Shown here: piece after piece, positions 34,401 to 44,565 of the stretch
Numbering within the stretch: the stretch's first letter is position 1
Layout: every line of letters begins with the position of its first letter
Source of the DNA: a virus
Taxonomy: Duplodnaviria; Heunggongvirae; Uroviricota; Caudoviricetes
Virus record (IMG/VR): IMGVR_UViG_3300012942_000032
Span: 58,282-122,281 of that record
Length of the DNA: 64,000 nucleotides
Strand: one strand, 5' to 3'
The notes under the pieces: generated by a model
The model's input: only the letters and a program-made list of their open reading frames with translations
The model's database searches: none
Told to the model about the DNA's origin: nothing
Made by a program: the position numbers and the translations under genes

Positions 34401-36379
34401 TTATCAATGAATTATTTCAAAGTGGAAATATCAAAATCGCAGGAGAATCGTATCTGCGAGGAACCATCCTGAAAGAACCAAATAGATCGTATAAAGATTT
34501 TGCTGTTTATTTGGTTGACAATTATACACCATCTATTCTTTTGACAAAAAGAATAGATGGTGATGGCACATTTACGATCTATAATCTAAATGCTCAAGTC
34601 GATTACACCTTGTTAGCAAAAGATAGAAAATATCAATTCAATGATATCGTCTATACCAATGTCCAACCTATTCCGTATCAATTAACTTTAGAAAATAATC
34701 TACAAATTTCTGAAGATAGTACCAGAGTAAATGGCTCTATCAAAATTAACAATGGTCTGGGCCCATTTACTCTATCTCAAATTAGTGGTTCTATTCCTGA
34801 CGAATTTGTATATGCTATTGACGACGGGGAGGGGGGGGGACCTGAAATTATAATTCAAGGTTCAGGTAATATTTCACAATCATATGAATCATGGATTAAA
34901 ATTACATCAGCGAATGGGTATTCAAAGGTTATTCCAGTTTATATTGATCCCTTTGGTACCACAGGAAACATCAAGAATTTCACTGGTGAACAATTGAAAT
35001 GTAATTTTCAGAATTCTAGAAATAATATTCTTGCTTCGGCGCCTGTTGCTTACTGGAATTTTAATGATGCTGCTGGTAGCACTTCTATCGCAGATTATGG
35101 ATCAGGTGGTAATCCTCTGGTAATTACGGGATCAAGTGTTGCTCTTCAAACAAACGGATACTATAGTGAAACAGGTCAATCTGTGTTCCTTAATGGGTCA
35201 GCAGGTTATCTTAAACCTGCATCTTCTACAACCTTCCAATATCTAGGTGATATCAGCGTCTTTGCATGCTTCAGTTTGAATAGAATTCCTACTGGTTCGC
35301 AATATATTTCTCTTATGGATTGCTATGCTTCAGGTGAAACTGAAGCAGTAAATGCAACATTAAATATAGAAATTTTCCCTGCCTTTTTGAAAGTATTTCA
35401 CGAAAATGGTGCTGGTGTAGATACAAATATCCAAATTGCATATCAATGGCAAGCAGGTGTTCCGTATCAAATATTCATTTGCCGAGATACAACCTTACTA
35501 AGATATGCTGTCTACATCAATGGAGATTTTCTAGGATATTATTCATATATCAATAATCCTACTGGCGGCACGACCAGCACTTTAGCAGTAGGTTTTACGC
35601 CCGTTTCTGATACCAATGCAAATAATGCTCTTATTACTATTGATGAGCTTGCATATTGGCAACGATATCTTTCTCAAGAAGATATTCAGAACATGGTTGC
35701 TTTCAATGAAAGCAACGTAGATTGGTCAGGAACAACCATTAAATCTAGGCTGAGATTCGATGACGATGTTGTAGGTTCATCATCAATTACAGATGATTAT
35801 TCTAATACATGGACAGTTAATGGAGTAGGTTTTGCAACTGTTTCTGCTGATGGTTATAAAGGAAATTGTCTATATTTTCCTGGTGGTATTGCGGGGAATG
35901 TCTTGTCTTCTACACCTTGGACATCGATAGGAACTCAGGATTGGTGCATTCAATTCTTCATGAAAATGTCTCAGACGACTCAGACTTCTAGAACAATCAT
36001 TGATTTTAGACCTACAAATAGTAATGGATCTTATCCTTGGATAGGTTTCGATAATAGTAATAATTTTGCATTCTATTATCAATCTGCCTATCAAATTACT
36101 ACACCTAATCCAGCTGATGATAAATGGCATCACATTGCATGCACTAAGAATAAAGGAGTAATTCGTTTATTCTTAGATGGAAATTTAGTAGGAGCATATT
36201 TTAATTCTTCTACATGTCCAGATTCTAGCACTGTGCGATTAGGTGTTTCTTCAACTGGTGCAGGTAATACTTTAGCATCAGCTTTTCTGGGATATGTAGA
36301 TGAAATTAGAGTAGATGTGGGAAATGCGATCTACACCAAAAATTTCACACCTTCATTGCCATATGGAGCAGAAATCTGA
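34397..36379 (+). CDS. structural protein with C-terminal LamG-like domain (660 aa)
   Basis: The C-terminus GYVDEIRVDVGNAIYTKNFTPSLPYGAEI is homologous to the other LamG tails. Start taken at the ATG overlapping the upstream stop. Confidence 0.65.
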   Translation: MIINELFQSGNIKIAGESYLRGTILKEPNRSYKDFAVYLVDNYTPSILLTKRIDGDGTFTIYNLNAQVDYTLLAKDRKYQFNDIVYTNVQPIPYQLTLENNLQISEDSTRVNGSIKINNGLGPFTLSQISGSIPDEFVYAIDDGEGGGPEIIIQGSGNISQSYESWIKITSANGYSKVIPVYIDPFGTTGNIKNFTGEQLKCNFQNSRNNILASAPVAYWNFNDAAGSTSIADYGSGGNPLVITGSSVALQTNGYYSETGQSVFLNGSAGYLKPASSTTFQYLGDISVFACFSLNRIPTGSQYISLMDCYASGETEAVNATLNIEIFPAFLKVFHENGAGVDTNIQIAYQWQAGVPYQIFICRDTTLLRYAVYINGDFLGYYSYINNPTGGTTSTLAVGFTPVSDTNANNALITIDELAYWQRYLSQEDIQNMVAFNESNVDWSGTTIKSRLRFDDDVVGSSSITDDYSNTWTVNGVGFATVSADGYKGNCLYFPGGIAGNVLSSTPWTSIGTQDWCIQFFMKMSQTTQTSRTIIDFRPTNSNGSYPWIGFDNSNNFAFYYQSAYQITTPNPADDKWHHIACTKNKGVIRLFLDGNLVGAYFNSSTCPDSSTVRLGVSSTGAGNTLASAFLGYVDEIRVDVGNAIYTKNFTPSLPYGAEI

Positions 36380-36418
36380 TTGTAAATATGAATTAGATTA
36401 ACCAAGGATTCTGAAATA

Positions 36419-38935
36419 GTGAGCGGCTATATTCCACCAATTGGTAATTCAGTCGCTTTCACTTTCAGCGATGATTATCAGGCACCGGTAGGAAATCAAG
36501 TAGTCTTTGATTTCACATTAGTGCCTGTTCTCTTGGGAGAAACATCGCTCTTTGACGGTTCCTCGATTAATGCTTCATTATTGTGCGGTACCTGGGTCTA
36601 TAAAGATGGTAATAAGATCAAATTTGATCTTCAAGACTCATGGGCAAGTATAGACGGAAATAAGATCTCTCTGAAATGGGATTGCCCTTACCTGGTTATT
36701 GACTGTCCAGAGATGTGGCACGATCTTCCGGGTGATGCAATTGATTTTGACTTTGATTTGCTTTATATTGATAGTATTCCTGGCGATCAGATTAACTTCA
36801 ATTTCACTTGCGAAACTAATCAGCCGTCACAAGATATAATTCTTGGTTCTATTCTTGGATATGCAGGGGATTCGTTAACTGCAAAGATTCAAGAAACCTT
36901 CAATATCACATTCTACGAAGGTGCAGAATATATTCCGAATATTGAATTCGTGAATATCTATCTGCCGATGGAATTTGATGAAGGGTCGACTTTATTTGCA
37001 GATTTGTCAGCTTCTCCATACTTCACAGCAAGTGCAAGAGGCGGCGGCGCATTTGCGGCAGATATTACTCCTTCTCTTATTGCGTACTTCACGCCTCAAT
37101 TCCTTGAAGGCGCAGAGGCAGATTTATCTGATATTTGGACTCAAGTTTCATTTGATGTCAATATCGGTGATGGTGCAGATCTTGTTGGGATTCTGAGCAC
37201 AAGACCTAGTGCAGATCTTGAAGCAGATGCCTTTGATGGTGCTTCATCACAATCTTCATTAACTACTGCGGTACTATTCAATCTAAATCCTCTTGATGGA
37301 TCAGAAGCATCATTTGATCTAACAACGATCATCAATGATGGTATGCCATGTCAGGCATTTGAAGGATCAGAAGTTGATTTTGATCTTTATAATGTTCCTG
37401 GCTTTATTCTGCAAGCTCTTGATGGATCAGAAGTTGATTTTGATCTTTCTGCAACATATTCTCTTACCGCAGAAGCAGACGATGGATCGGTGTTTGTTGC
37501 AGATATTACACCTAATCCGAATGTACCTTTTGGAATTCAATTCTATGAAGGTGCAATTGCTTCATGTGACTTAGCAACCACCGTTTCGTTCCAGTTTGAA
37601 TCAGATGAAGGTGCAATTCTAAGCGGTGATGTAACCACACGTCCTGCTCAAAGTTGGTCATTTGAGTTTGATGATGGCGCAATTCTAAGTGGTTCTCTAA
37701 ATGCAGGCGCACAGAACTTCATCTTCTACACATATGATGGAGCTTCTTTTGTTGCAGACTTCACTCCAAACCCATCACCATCAATGGTACTGCAATTCCT
37801 CGATGGTGCTACTGCTTCTGTAACGATTTCTTATGCTGCAAATCTAGGAAACTTTAACTTCTTAGATGGTTCTATTGCAAACATTACATCACTTGGCATA
37901 GATCCTATCATCTATGTCTACGATGGTGCAGAAGTTTCATTTGAACTAGCGACTCAAAATACATTCTCCTTTGGAATGTACGATGGAGGCATTGGTTCAT
38001 TAGATATTGAACTGCATCCTTCACAGGGTCTGGGTCTATTCACAGCATTTGAAGGTGCTACTTTAGAATTCGGCGCTCTAGCTACACTTATCAGCTCACA
38101 TCTATCAGTCGTATTCAGGAATAGTTACGTCACAAGAGCTGATATTGATAGTGGAACTGATTTTGATCTTACAACTGATGCTTGCTGTGGTCTAAGGGAC
38201 AATTCTGGTGCCTATGTTGATATCGGTCTAGCAGAAGCACCTGACTGGCACTATTATGGTTACAAGCAGATCTTTACTGTTGATCTTTCATGCAGACCTA
38301 GATTTGCAGTAAACTTTGCCGAAGGAGGAGAGCTAACTCTCAAGGATTATTCTGCCTATTTCAATTTTGATTTTGCAGATGGATCAGAAGGTAAGCTTGT
38401 TGCATTTGATCAAGATCTTAAGATCAGATTGTGTAAAGGTAACTTCATTCCAGATGGTGACAACATCATTGTGGAATTGACCACTGTAGATACAGAAGAT
38501 TGCGAAGTTAATTTTGCATACGAAGGATCTACTCTAGAAGCAGTTCTAGCAAATTATGTTCAAGAAGCTCCGTCAATGTATGATGGTGCACATTTTGATG
38601 CTGATATTACTGTCGATCATCCTTGGTTCTTCCAATTCTGGGATGGTGCAGCATTAACAATGAAGAACTTCCCAGCAGAGTTACCTGTAAATATGCGCGA
38701 TGGCGCTTCTGCTTCGTTTACGTTTGCATCAGAGGGATGGTATGCGGCAGAAGGTGCTGCTCTTACATGCAGCGGTCTATCTACAGATTACGATGTAGAA
38801 TTCTTAGAAGTAGGCTGTCTAGATAACGAATATATTCCTACAAACGAAAATGGCGATCCTGAGCCAGAATTAGCAAGAACGACTCCTATGGAAATGGATC
38901 CGTTCTATCATGAATTGAAAGCAAGGTGTTACTAA
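36419..38935 (+). CDS. acidic tandem-repeat structural protein (838 aa), GTG start
   Basis: About 20 repeats of a roughly 20-aa unit with a hydrophobic-x-(D/E)-G-(A/S)...(D/E)-hydrophobic pattern. Exact 24-bp DNA repeats sit at 37363 and 37423. Confidence 0.6.
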   Translation: MSGYIPPIGNSVAFTFSDDYQAPVGNQVVFDFTLVPVLLGETSLFDGSSINASLLCGTWVYKDGNKIKFDLQDSWASIDGNKISLKWDCPYLVIDCPEMWHDLPGDAIDFDFDLLYIDSIPGDQINFNFTCETNQPSQDIILGSILGYAGDSLTAKIQETFNITFYEGAEYIPNIEFVNIYLPMEFDEGSTLFADLSASPYFTASARGGGAFAADITPSLIAYFTPQFLEGAEADLSDIWTQVSFDVNIGDGADLVGILSTRPSADLEADAFDGASSQSSLTTAVLFNLNPLDGSEASFDLTTIINDGMPCQAFEGSEVDFDLYNVPGFILQALDGSEVDFDLSATYSLTAEADDGSVFVADITPNPNVPFGIQFYEGAIASCDLATTVSFQFESDEGAILSGDVTTRPAQSWSFEFDDGAILSGSLNAGAQNFIFYTYDGASFVADFTPNPSPSMVLQFLDGATASVTISYAANLGNFNFLDGSIANITSLGIDPIIYVYDGAEVSFELATQNTFSFGMYDGGIGSLDIELHPSQGLGLFTAFEGATLEFGALATLISSHLSVVFRNSYVTRADIDSGTDFDLTTDACCGLRDNSGAYVDIGLAEAPDWHYYGYKQIFTVDLSCRPRFAVNFAEGGELTLKDYSAYFNFDFADGSEGKLVAFDQDLKIRLCKGNFIPDGDNIIVELTTVDTEDCEVNFAYEGSTLEAVLANYVQEAPSMYDGAHFDADITVDHPWFFQFWDGAALTMKNFPAELPVNMRDGASASFTFASEGWYAAEGAALTCSGLSTDYDVEFLEVGCLDNEYIPTNENGDPEPELARTTPMEMDPFYHELKARCY

Positions 38936-40254
38936 TGGCGACATGCCTTCAGAGTATTACGAACATTGTGAATGCTGGACAGATTGATTCTGTCCCTGAG
39001 CTTTCACCTAATACTCTGACACCTATTTCTTTTGGTTCAACTGCCAACCAATTATTTCTCTTAAAACTTCCTATCTTTCAGACCATTAGCTTTCAATTAG
39101 TCTTGGTTCCCGCGGGTTCTGGCACAAATATTTCTGTAACAGCAGAGATCTATGTTCTAAATTCTGATAATTCTGTTACATCACAGGGATCTATTCTGAT
39201 CAGTGATCTAAACAGTGCATTCAATAAAGATCTCCAAGCAGGAACATATTTTCTATGTCTTAGAACTACTGTAGGTTCGTTTACAGGAACGATTTTAGCT
39301 TCATTTACGGGTTATCCTACTACATCATTCTTCACGTTCTTGATGTATGATGGTTCCGTTGCATCTTATCAATTCGATAACACAAGACCTCCTAGACCTT
39401 GTGACGAACCTTTATTCTTTGAATTACTCGATGGTACTTTGCCGCCTGGTATTGCAATGAATGCCCTAGGTAAACTTTCTGGAATTCTCCCTAATCTAGA
39501 TTGCATCGACGATACAAAAGATCTTTCTCCTTCTCAGAATTGGTATCAAGAAGAAATGGATGGGTCATTTACTCCTTGGGGAAAACAATGGAGATTTAAA
39601 GTCAAAGTATATCTCCAAGATTATCCTGATTCATATGATGAAGATTGGTTTTGCATCAGAGTAGTTAATAACTGGTCTTTCGACAGAGATAATTTTCTTT
39701 CTCAGATGCCATTTACTAATGTGAGAACTGTCCAGGTAGTAGAACAACCCAAAACTCTACCTGAAATTTGTTTTGAGCCTTGTGAGATTCAGGCCCCTGA
39801 AGATTTTAACCCAATCCCCTTAAAAGATCAGTGTTCTGCTTGTTCTGATCCCAATGTGGAAACTGATGTTACTCTAATTCAAATACCAAAGCAGGTTGCA
39901 TCTGTTCCTGTAACAGAATTGCCATTGTGGTATGTTGTAAATCAGGGTAAGTTTTTTGCTTCTGAAGAAGTGAATAAATTTATTGGTAATCTAGAAAATT
40001 CATATGCTTTCAAACTTTTGTTAGCTCAAGCAGGTTTAATTGATCCGGTTCAGTCAGAAGAAGATGCTGCTAAAACTGCTGTCAATGTCTCAGAATTCAA
40101 TAATTTTGTTCAAATTTCTGTTTCGTCATTAGTAGATGGACGTAATACAACAGATCTAGATGCAATGATGCTTCAATGGAGAGATGAGCAAAATCAAAAA
40201 TTGCCTATTACTCTATCATCATATGATGGTTCACTAATGACGGTAAAAATCTAA
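38935..40254 (+). CDS. virion structural protein (439 aa)
   Basis: TAATG coupling with the upstream gene. Confidence 0.55.
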   Translation: MATCLQSITNIVNAGQIDSVPELSPNTLTPISFGSTANQLFLLKLPIFQTISFQLVLVPAGSGTNISVTAEIYVLNSDNSVTSQGSILISDLNSAFNKDLQAGTYFLCLRTTVGSFTGTILASFTGYPTTSFFTFLMYDGSVASYQFDNTRPPRPCDEPLFFELLDGTLPPGIAMNALGKLSGILPNLDCIDDTKDLSPSQNWYQEEMDGSFTPWGKQWRFKVKVYLQDYPDSYDEDWFCIRVVNNWSFDRDNFLSQMPFTNVRTVQVVEQPKTLPEICFEPCEIQAPEDFNPIPLKDQCSACSDPNVETDVTLIQIPKQVASVPVTELPLWYVVNQGKFFASEEVNKFIGNLENSYAFKLLLAQAGLIDPVQSEEDAAKTAVNVSEFNNFVQISVSSLVDGRNTTDLDAMMLQWRDEQNQKLPITLSSYDGSLMTVKI

Positions 40255-40481
40255 TGGCTGATCTTCCTACAATTTGTCAACCATGCCCTGAACAACCAGA
40301 AATTCAATTGGTTTCAGAGTTGCCTTCATCTATGTGCCCTTGCCCTGAACCAGCGCCTGATGACAATTCCGCTATTCTTCCTACAATTACAACAATCACT
40401 GTCACCGATGATTGTTTTCAGAGTATGCTCTACAATATGACATCAGTCAAGTTCTGTAATATAGGTCCTAAGGCTTGTTAA
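40254..40481 (+). CDS. small Cys/Pro-rich protein (75 aa) preceding the PAAR gene
   Basis: CQPCPEQPE...CPCPEP motifs; TAATG coupling. Confidence 0.5.
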   Translation: MADLPTICQPCPEQPEIQLVSELPSSMCPCPEPAPDDNSAILPTITTITVTDDCFQSMLYNMTSVKFCNIGPKAC

Positions 40482-40506
40482 ATACAGAGTATTCTAGGAG
40501 AAATAA

Positions 40507-40794
40507 ATGGGATTGCCCGTAGCACGAATCCAAGATATGTGTTCTGGTCATGATTGTCATAGCCCCAGACCTGCTATTCAGGGTTCTGTAAACGTCTTCG
40601 TTAACAAAAGAGGTGTTAATGGGATGGGCGATATGTGGGCTGTTCATTGTTGCGATGACTGTCATCCAGGTAATACTGCTGCAGGTTCTAGTTCTGTTTT
40701 CGTAAACGGAAAAGAAGTAGGTAGAATAGGCGATCAAATTTCATGCGGAAGCGTCATTATGACAGGATCCGCAAACGTATTTGCAGGTGGGTAA
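40507..40794 (+). CDS. PAAR-repeat spike-tip protein (gp5.4-like)
   Basis: Cys/His ligands (CSGHDCHSP, HCCDDCHPG) and beta-strand repeats SSVFVNGK / ANVFAGG typical of PAAR. Confidence 0.75.
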   Translation: MGLPVARIQDMCSGHDCHSPRPAIQGSVNVFVNKRGVNGMGDMWAVHCCDDCHPGNTAAGSSSVFVNGKEVGRIGDQISCGSVIMTGSANVFAGG

Positions 40795-41195
40795 TGGCAA
40801 CAAATGTAAAATCGAGTCCAATCTATAGTGATCTGGATTTATCATTCCAGCCTCATCCTTTGACTGGAGATCTTCCACCTAAAGTAAATGTGGATGCTAT
40901 CAGACGATCTGTAAAAACTCTTTTCTCTTTAGAACCTTTCGATATTCCTTTCGAGCCTAACAAACAAGCAGGCCTAAAAGATCTGCTATTCGAACCAAGT
41001 TCACACCTAACAGAAGTAGCAATCAAAACCAAACTTGAATATATTTTCAAGAAAATAGAAACAAGAGCAAATCTAATCAGTATTGATGTTGAAGCTTCGG
41101 ATGATGACCTAGGTTACAATATTACTGTTACCTACAATATCAAATCCATTATGCAAGCAGATACTTTCAATTTCTATGTCGAGAGAGTTCGATAA
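40794..41195 (+). CDS. 25: baseplate wedge protein gp25-like (GPW/lysozyme-like fold)
   Basis: MATNVKSSPIYSDLD... aligns with the T4 gp25 N-terminus MANINKLYSDIDPE. The length of about 133 aa fits. Start taken at TAATG. Confidence 0.7.
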   Translation: MATNVKSSPIYSDLDLSFQPHPLTGDLPPKVNVDAIRRSVKTLFSLEPFDIPFEPNKQAGLKDLLFEPSSHLTEVAIKTKLEYIFKKIETRANLISIDVEASDDDLGYNITVTYNIKSIMQADTFNFYVERVR

Positions 41196-42998
41196 ATGAA
41201 GAATCTTCCAGTACAAACATTAAACTTCCTTGACATCAAGACAAACTTTACAAGTTTCTTGAAAGGAGATCCTTTCTATAAGGATTTCAATTTTGATGCT
41301 TCTGGCATTTCATCTCTACTTAATATCTTAGCATACAATTCGCATTATATTGGGTTCTATACCAAGATGATGTTAGATGAAAGCTTTGTTGATTCTGCTC
41401 ATACCAGAATTGCAATGCTTTCTCATGCTAAAAGAACTGGATATGTTGTCAAAGGAAATAGAAGTGCTAGAGCTGATATTCAATTAGCTATCTCTATGGA
41501 TCCAGCAGATGAACCCATCAGCGGTATCATTGTAATTCCTAAGGGCTCGTCATTTAAGGCTACAAATTCTACCCAAGATACCAGAGTCTTTCAGGTAATT
41601 GATGATGTGACGGTGTATGATAGATCTGTAGTAGATGGAAAAGTGATCTATACTTCTCCAGTATTCACAATCTACGAAGGATCTGCTGAAACTTGGACAT
41701 TCACTGTAGATAACACCGATACAAATCAGCGATTTGTAATCAAGGATTTTGATATTGATGTTGATACGATCAGAGTCAATGTAAGAGATCATGCAGGAAG
41801 CGATAATCTAACAGAATTCCAGTTAGCTGATGATATTTTTGAGATTGATGGCACCAGCAATGTATTCTTTTTTACTACAAATGAGGATGGTTATTACCAA
41901 ATCTTCTTTGGTAATGGAGTATTTGGTGTAAAACCTGATAACAATAATGTAGTCGAAGCAACCTATGTTTCTACATCAGGCGAAGATGGAAACGGAGCTA
42001 AGGCATTCAGTTATACTCCGCCTGCTGCTGATCCTACAGATGATTACAATATTGGTAACTATTCTGATTTTACCGTAACCACAATTTCAGCATCTTCAGG
42101 TGGAATGGAACCAGAAACTGTAGATTCTTTACGTTTCACAATTCCATATCATACCAGACGTCAGAATAGAATTGTTACAGAAAGCGATTATCAATCTGTG
42201 CTCCTGAGTGAGTTTAGAAATATTGATAGCATTAACGTTTGGGGCGGCGAAAAGAATACTCAGAGACAATATGGTAAGATCTTCATTTCAATCAAACCAA
42301 AATATTCAGATGCTCTAACATCAAGCGCCAGAAATGAAATTGCAACATCAATCATTTCTAAGTATGGTGTTGTAGGAGTAGACCCAATCTTTGTTGATCC
42401 GGAATTCATCAATGTAGATCTTACTGTAAAGGCAAAGATTGATACCAGAAAGACTAATAAATCTCTTGGTGAGATTGAAAAACTGATTTTAGATAGAGTT
42501 TCTGAATTTAATTCTGATAATTTGAATAGATTCAATGAAACTCTATCAGATGTCAATATGCTTGATTATTTGAAAGATGGGGAAGATGAAATTGTTTCCA
42601 TCTATGATACCAAAGTTCTAAGAAAGAGTATGAATATCATTCCAAAATCAACTGCTGCAAATGATTTGATCTTTGGTAACGGAATTAACTTAGGTGTTTC
42701 GTCAAGTACCTTTACATATTCAGGTAATATATGTCAGTTTAAAGATGATCCTTCATTAGCAGATGATCATCTTTATATCTACACGAATAGCTCTAAGCTT
42801 CTAACAAAGGCGTTTGGAACTGTTGATTATGATACTGGAGAAATCACATTCTCACTTCCTGCGGCTGCGGTAATGGTAGGATATGAAAATCAGACATCTG
42901 CGGTAATTGAGTTTACTGTCACACCTCAAACACCTGACATTGATACCTATCTAAATAACATCACACGCATTGCGACAACAAGAGTTATCCTATCGTGA
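41196..42998 (+). CDS. 6: baseplate wedge protein gp6-like
   Basis: The N-terminal LNILAYNSHYIGFY region resembles the T4 gp6 LCDLLAYNTLYIQQF region. It follows gp25 as in cyanomyovirus-type gene order. Confidence 0.65.
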   Translation: MKNLPVQTLNFLDIKTNFTSFLKGDPFYKDFNFDASGISSLLNILAYNSHYIGFYTKMMLDESFVDSAHTRIAMLSHAKRTGYVVKGNRSARADIQLAISMDPADEPISGIIVIPKGSSFKATNSTQDTRVFQVIDDVTVYDRSVVDGKVIYTSPVFTIYEGSAETWTFTVDNTDTNQRFVIKDFDIDVDTIRVNVRDHAGSDNLTEFQLADDIFEIDGTSNVFFFTTNEDGYYQIFFGNGVFGVKPDNNNVVEATYVSTSGEDGNGAKAFSYTPPAADPTDDYNIGNYSDFTVTTISASSGGMEPETVDSLRFTIPYHTRRQNRIVTESDYQSVLLSEFRNIDSINVWGGEKNTQRQYGKIFISIKPKYSDALTSSARNEIATSIISKYGVVGVDPIFVDPEFINVDLTVKAKIDTRKTNKSLGEIEKLILDRVSEFNSDNLNRFNETLSDVNMLDYLKDGEDEIVSIYDTKVLRKSMNIIPKSTAANDLIFGNGINLGVSSSTFTYSGNICQFKDDPSLADDHLYIYTNSSKLLTKAFGTVDYDTGEITFSLPAAAVMVGYENQTSAVIEFTVTPQTPDIDTYLNNITRIATTRVILS

Positions 42999-44548
42999 CA
43001 CAGACAATTCTACCAGTAATCAAAGGTAGATTCCAGAGCTTTGTAAAGGATGATTATCCTAATTTTGCAAAGTTTATGGGGGACTACTTCAAATGGTTGG
43101 AGCAGGATAATAATTTCCTGCAGATTGTCAACGACTGGAGGTCCAATACTGAACCTTCAAACAATGTAGAACCTTATATCACTGCAATTCTAGAAGATGT
43201 AGGTTTTGATATCAACCAAGATATTTCAATTCCTAAATCTACTTTATTGCATTTCATGAAAGATTTCTATCTTGCAAGAGGTAGCACGCAATCATTTGAA
43301 TTCTTATTCAGAGTTCTCTTTGCTGATGATACAATTAAGATCAGATATCCTCGAGAAAATCTTCTTATTCCTTCATATGCAGAATACGGAGAGAAATTCT
43401 ATGTCTATCTGAGTGCGAACAATGTAGGATCTAGAGATTATCTTGCAATTCTTCAAAATCTTACAGAATTATCAGGTACTCTAACAGGTCTTACTTCTAA
43501 GGTTGTTGTATCCGTAGAATCAATCACGCCTATTTTAGGTAACAGCAAGACATATCTAGAAATTGAAATTCTGAAATCTATTGGTGATTTTATTGTTGGA
43601 GAGAATGTTTCTCTAACAGTAGGGGACAATCAGATTGTAGAAGTTATTCAGAATGTTTCATCAGTTGATATTCATGCAGGTGGAAGCGGGTATCAACTAA
43701 ATGATCCTGTCATCGTGAGTCATGCTCAGATTACATCTAACGGATATGTCAGTAAAATCAGCTCAGGTGGTATTGATTCTTTAACGATTACATCTGCAGG
43801 AACAGGTTATACAGTTGGTGATTTGATTCTTGCTAGAAATGTAACAAATCAAGATGGTTCAGGATTCAGTGCTCAAGTATCTGCGGTGGGTAATAATGGT
43901 GAGCTTCAATCTTATATCGTTCTGTGCCCAGGATATGGATATACAATTCTTCCTGAGATTACTGTAAAAAGACAAGAAACAGGAACATTTACAGATGCTA
44001 TCATTGAACCGTTAAGTTCTCAGATTGGTAGCATCCAAAATATCACGTTCTTAGGAGCAAATGTAGATTTTGATGAAACTGCAACCGTAGAAGTTTCATC
44101 AATCACAGGAACGGGCGGATCATTAATCTTAAACTCTGTTTCTACTTTTGGAATTAGTGATTGGGACAATGATAGAGGATTCATAGGTGAGAATTCTACC
44201 ATCATTGACAGTGATAAATATCAGCAATATTCATATGAGATCATTTCATCGATCAGCCCCTCTAGATATTTGACAATTGTAGATGATTTGCTTCATCCAG
44301 TCGGATATGTTAGATCGGCAGTTATTGAAATTGAATCAAGTGTTGTTCTAAATACACCAAAATCAACAAGTTCTGGTTCTATTATCACAGATATTACCTT
44401 CTTGTCTGATTCCCCTGATGATGATTTCATAACTTCAGAAGATGGAATATTGATTATCATCTCTGAGCCAGATTCCGACACTCTGGTAACAGATATCGGC
44501 GACACAATTGTTACAGATCAAGGCGAGGTGATTGAGCTGAGCCACTGA
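42995..44548 (+). CDS. structural protein with Ig-like GYT repeat (517 aa), GTG start
   Basis: Contains ITSAGTGYTVGDLIL and CPGYGYTILPEITV repeat units. Confidence 0.55.
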   Translation: MTQTILPVIKGRFQSFVKDDYPNFAKFMGDYFKWLEQDNNFLQIVNDWRSNTEPSNNVEPYITAILEDVGFDINQDISIPKSTLLHFMKDFYLARGSTQSFEFLFRVLFADDTIKIRYPRENLLIPSYAEYGEKFYVYLSANNVGSRDYLAILQNLTELSGTLTGLTSKVVVSVESITPILGNSKTYLEIEILKSIGDFIVGENVSLTVGDNQIVEVIQNVSSVDIHAGGSGYQLNDPVIVSHAQITSNGYVSKISSGGIDSLTITSAGTGYTVGDLILARNVTNQDGSGFSAQVSAVGNNGELQSYIVLCPGYGYTILPEITVKRQETGTFTDAIIEPLSSQIGSIQNITFLGANVDFDETATVEVSSITGTGGSLILNSVSTFGISDWDNDRGFIGENSTIIDSDKYQQYSYEIISSISPSRYLTIVDDLLHPVGYVRSAVIEIESSVVLNTPKSTSSGSIITDITFLSDSPDDDFITSEDGILIIISEPDSDTLVTDIGDTIVTDQGEVIELSH

Positions 44549-44565
44549 TACCATAAGGTACTCTA

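Noticed and set aside
37363-37452. Exact 24-bp DNA repeats, considered as a possible CRISPR-like array
   Set aside because: They lie in frame inside the 838-aa repeat protein as protein-coding tandem repeats. There are no spacer/repeat alternations, and no CRISPR array is present in the window.
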